This document shows, piece by piece, positions 63,405 to 64,000 of a stretch of DNA of 64,000 bases. The notes below the pieces were generated by a model that saw nothing but the letters and a program-made list of their open reading frames with translations, ran no database searches and was not told where the DNA came from. The number at the start of each line of letters is the position of its first letter. Positions within the stretch are counted from its first letter, which is position 1. The translations under genes were made by a program, and so were the position numbers. The DNA comes from Octopus vulgaris (Eukaryota), in contig OX597815.1 in assembly GCA_951406725.2 (NCBI GenBank), forward strand, positions 23,560,001 to 23,624,000, given 5' to 3'.

Positions 63405-64000
63405 TCAATACGGCGATGAGGCAATGGGTCGAATGCAATGTTTCGAGAAGCACGGGCGCTTTAAAAGCGGAAGGCCGTCCCTGGAAAACCTGCCCCGAGC
63501 GTTACCCTTGGAAATATGCTATTGCACATCAAGAATTCGTCCCCTAAGTGCAGATCGTCAATCGAGAATTCTACTGTGACATTTTAAAACGTCTGATGGA
63601 GGACATTCGGTGAAAGCGACCGGATTTGTGGAGTGCGAAGATGGAATTCTTCACTGAGCTCTTCTCACTCGTGAGTTTCTTGCCCAAAACATGATATCGT
63701 TTCCGCATACGACCTATTCGCCAGATTTAGCACATGTAGACTTCCACCTCTTCTCCGAGATGAGAATGCAGCTCAAAGATCACTGTTTTAACACCGTTGT
63801 CGAGATCCTAAGCGAATCACAGAAGGCTCTCGATTCGCTTACGGAAAACGACTTCCAGGCCGGATCACAAAAGTAGCGGGAACCGGCGTGTTCCTGCTCA
63901 GGGTGACTATTTCGGAGGAGATTGTTAAAACTTGGGTAAACAAGTTATTATTTTTTTTTTATTAAACGTAACTAGTACTGGAACCTGATACCATCTCGTA
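63405..64000 (+). mobile_element. Internally deleted mariner element
   Basis: HTH remnant YGDEAMGRMQCFEKHGRFKSGR, then YSPDLAHVDFHLF, and a TIR-like end ...CTCGTA. Confidence 0.85.

Overview
This is AT-rich, repeat-dense animal genomic DNA. The SINE and LINE families present suggest an octopus (coleoid cephalopod); this is inferred, not proven. Two host genes are partly visible, both on the minus strand. (1) The first coding exon of a ceramide transfer protein gene (CERT1/COL4A3BP, N-terminal part of the PH domain) lies at 4055-4291, with a promoter-like region at about 4440-4490. (2) Five exons of oligoribonuclease REXO2 lie at 53399-61011; its first exon was not found and probably lies beyond the window. 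The roughly 49 kb between them is mostly transposon debris: Tx1/L1-like, RTE, R4/Dong-like and CR1 LINE fragments, several tRNA-derived SINE families, solo LTRs, Helitron, mariner, Tigger, hAT and TTAA-type MITEs, and microsatellites. The most unusual signal is a set of minimal type I hammerhead ribozyme motifs of the Penelope-element style. One of them is an inverted pair with a swapped G3:C8 core (GUGAACA) inside a fold-back element flanked by a target-site duplication (TSD) at 19213-19752. The window also has many local inverted duplications and hairpins. One is a 105-bp near-perfect hairpin in a REXO2 intron whose only two mismatches are A:C on the sense strand, a candidate ADAR substrate. 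Coordinates were counted by eye, and the boundaries of degenerate repeats are approximate.
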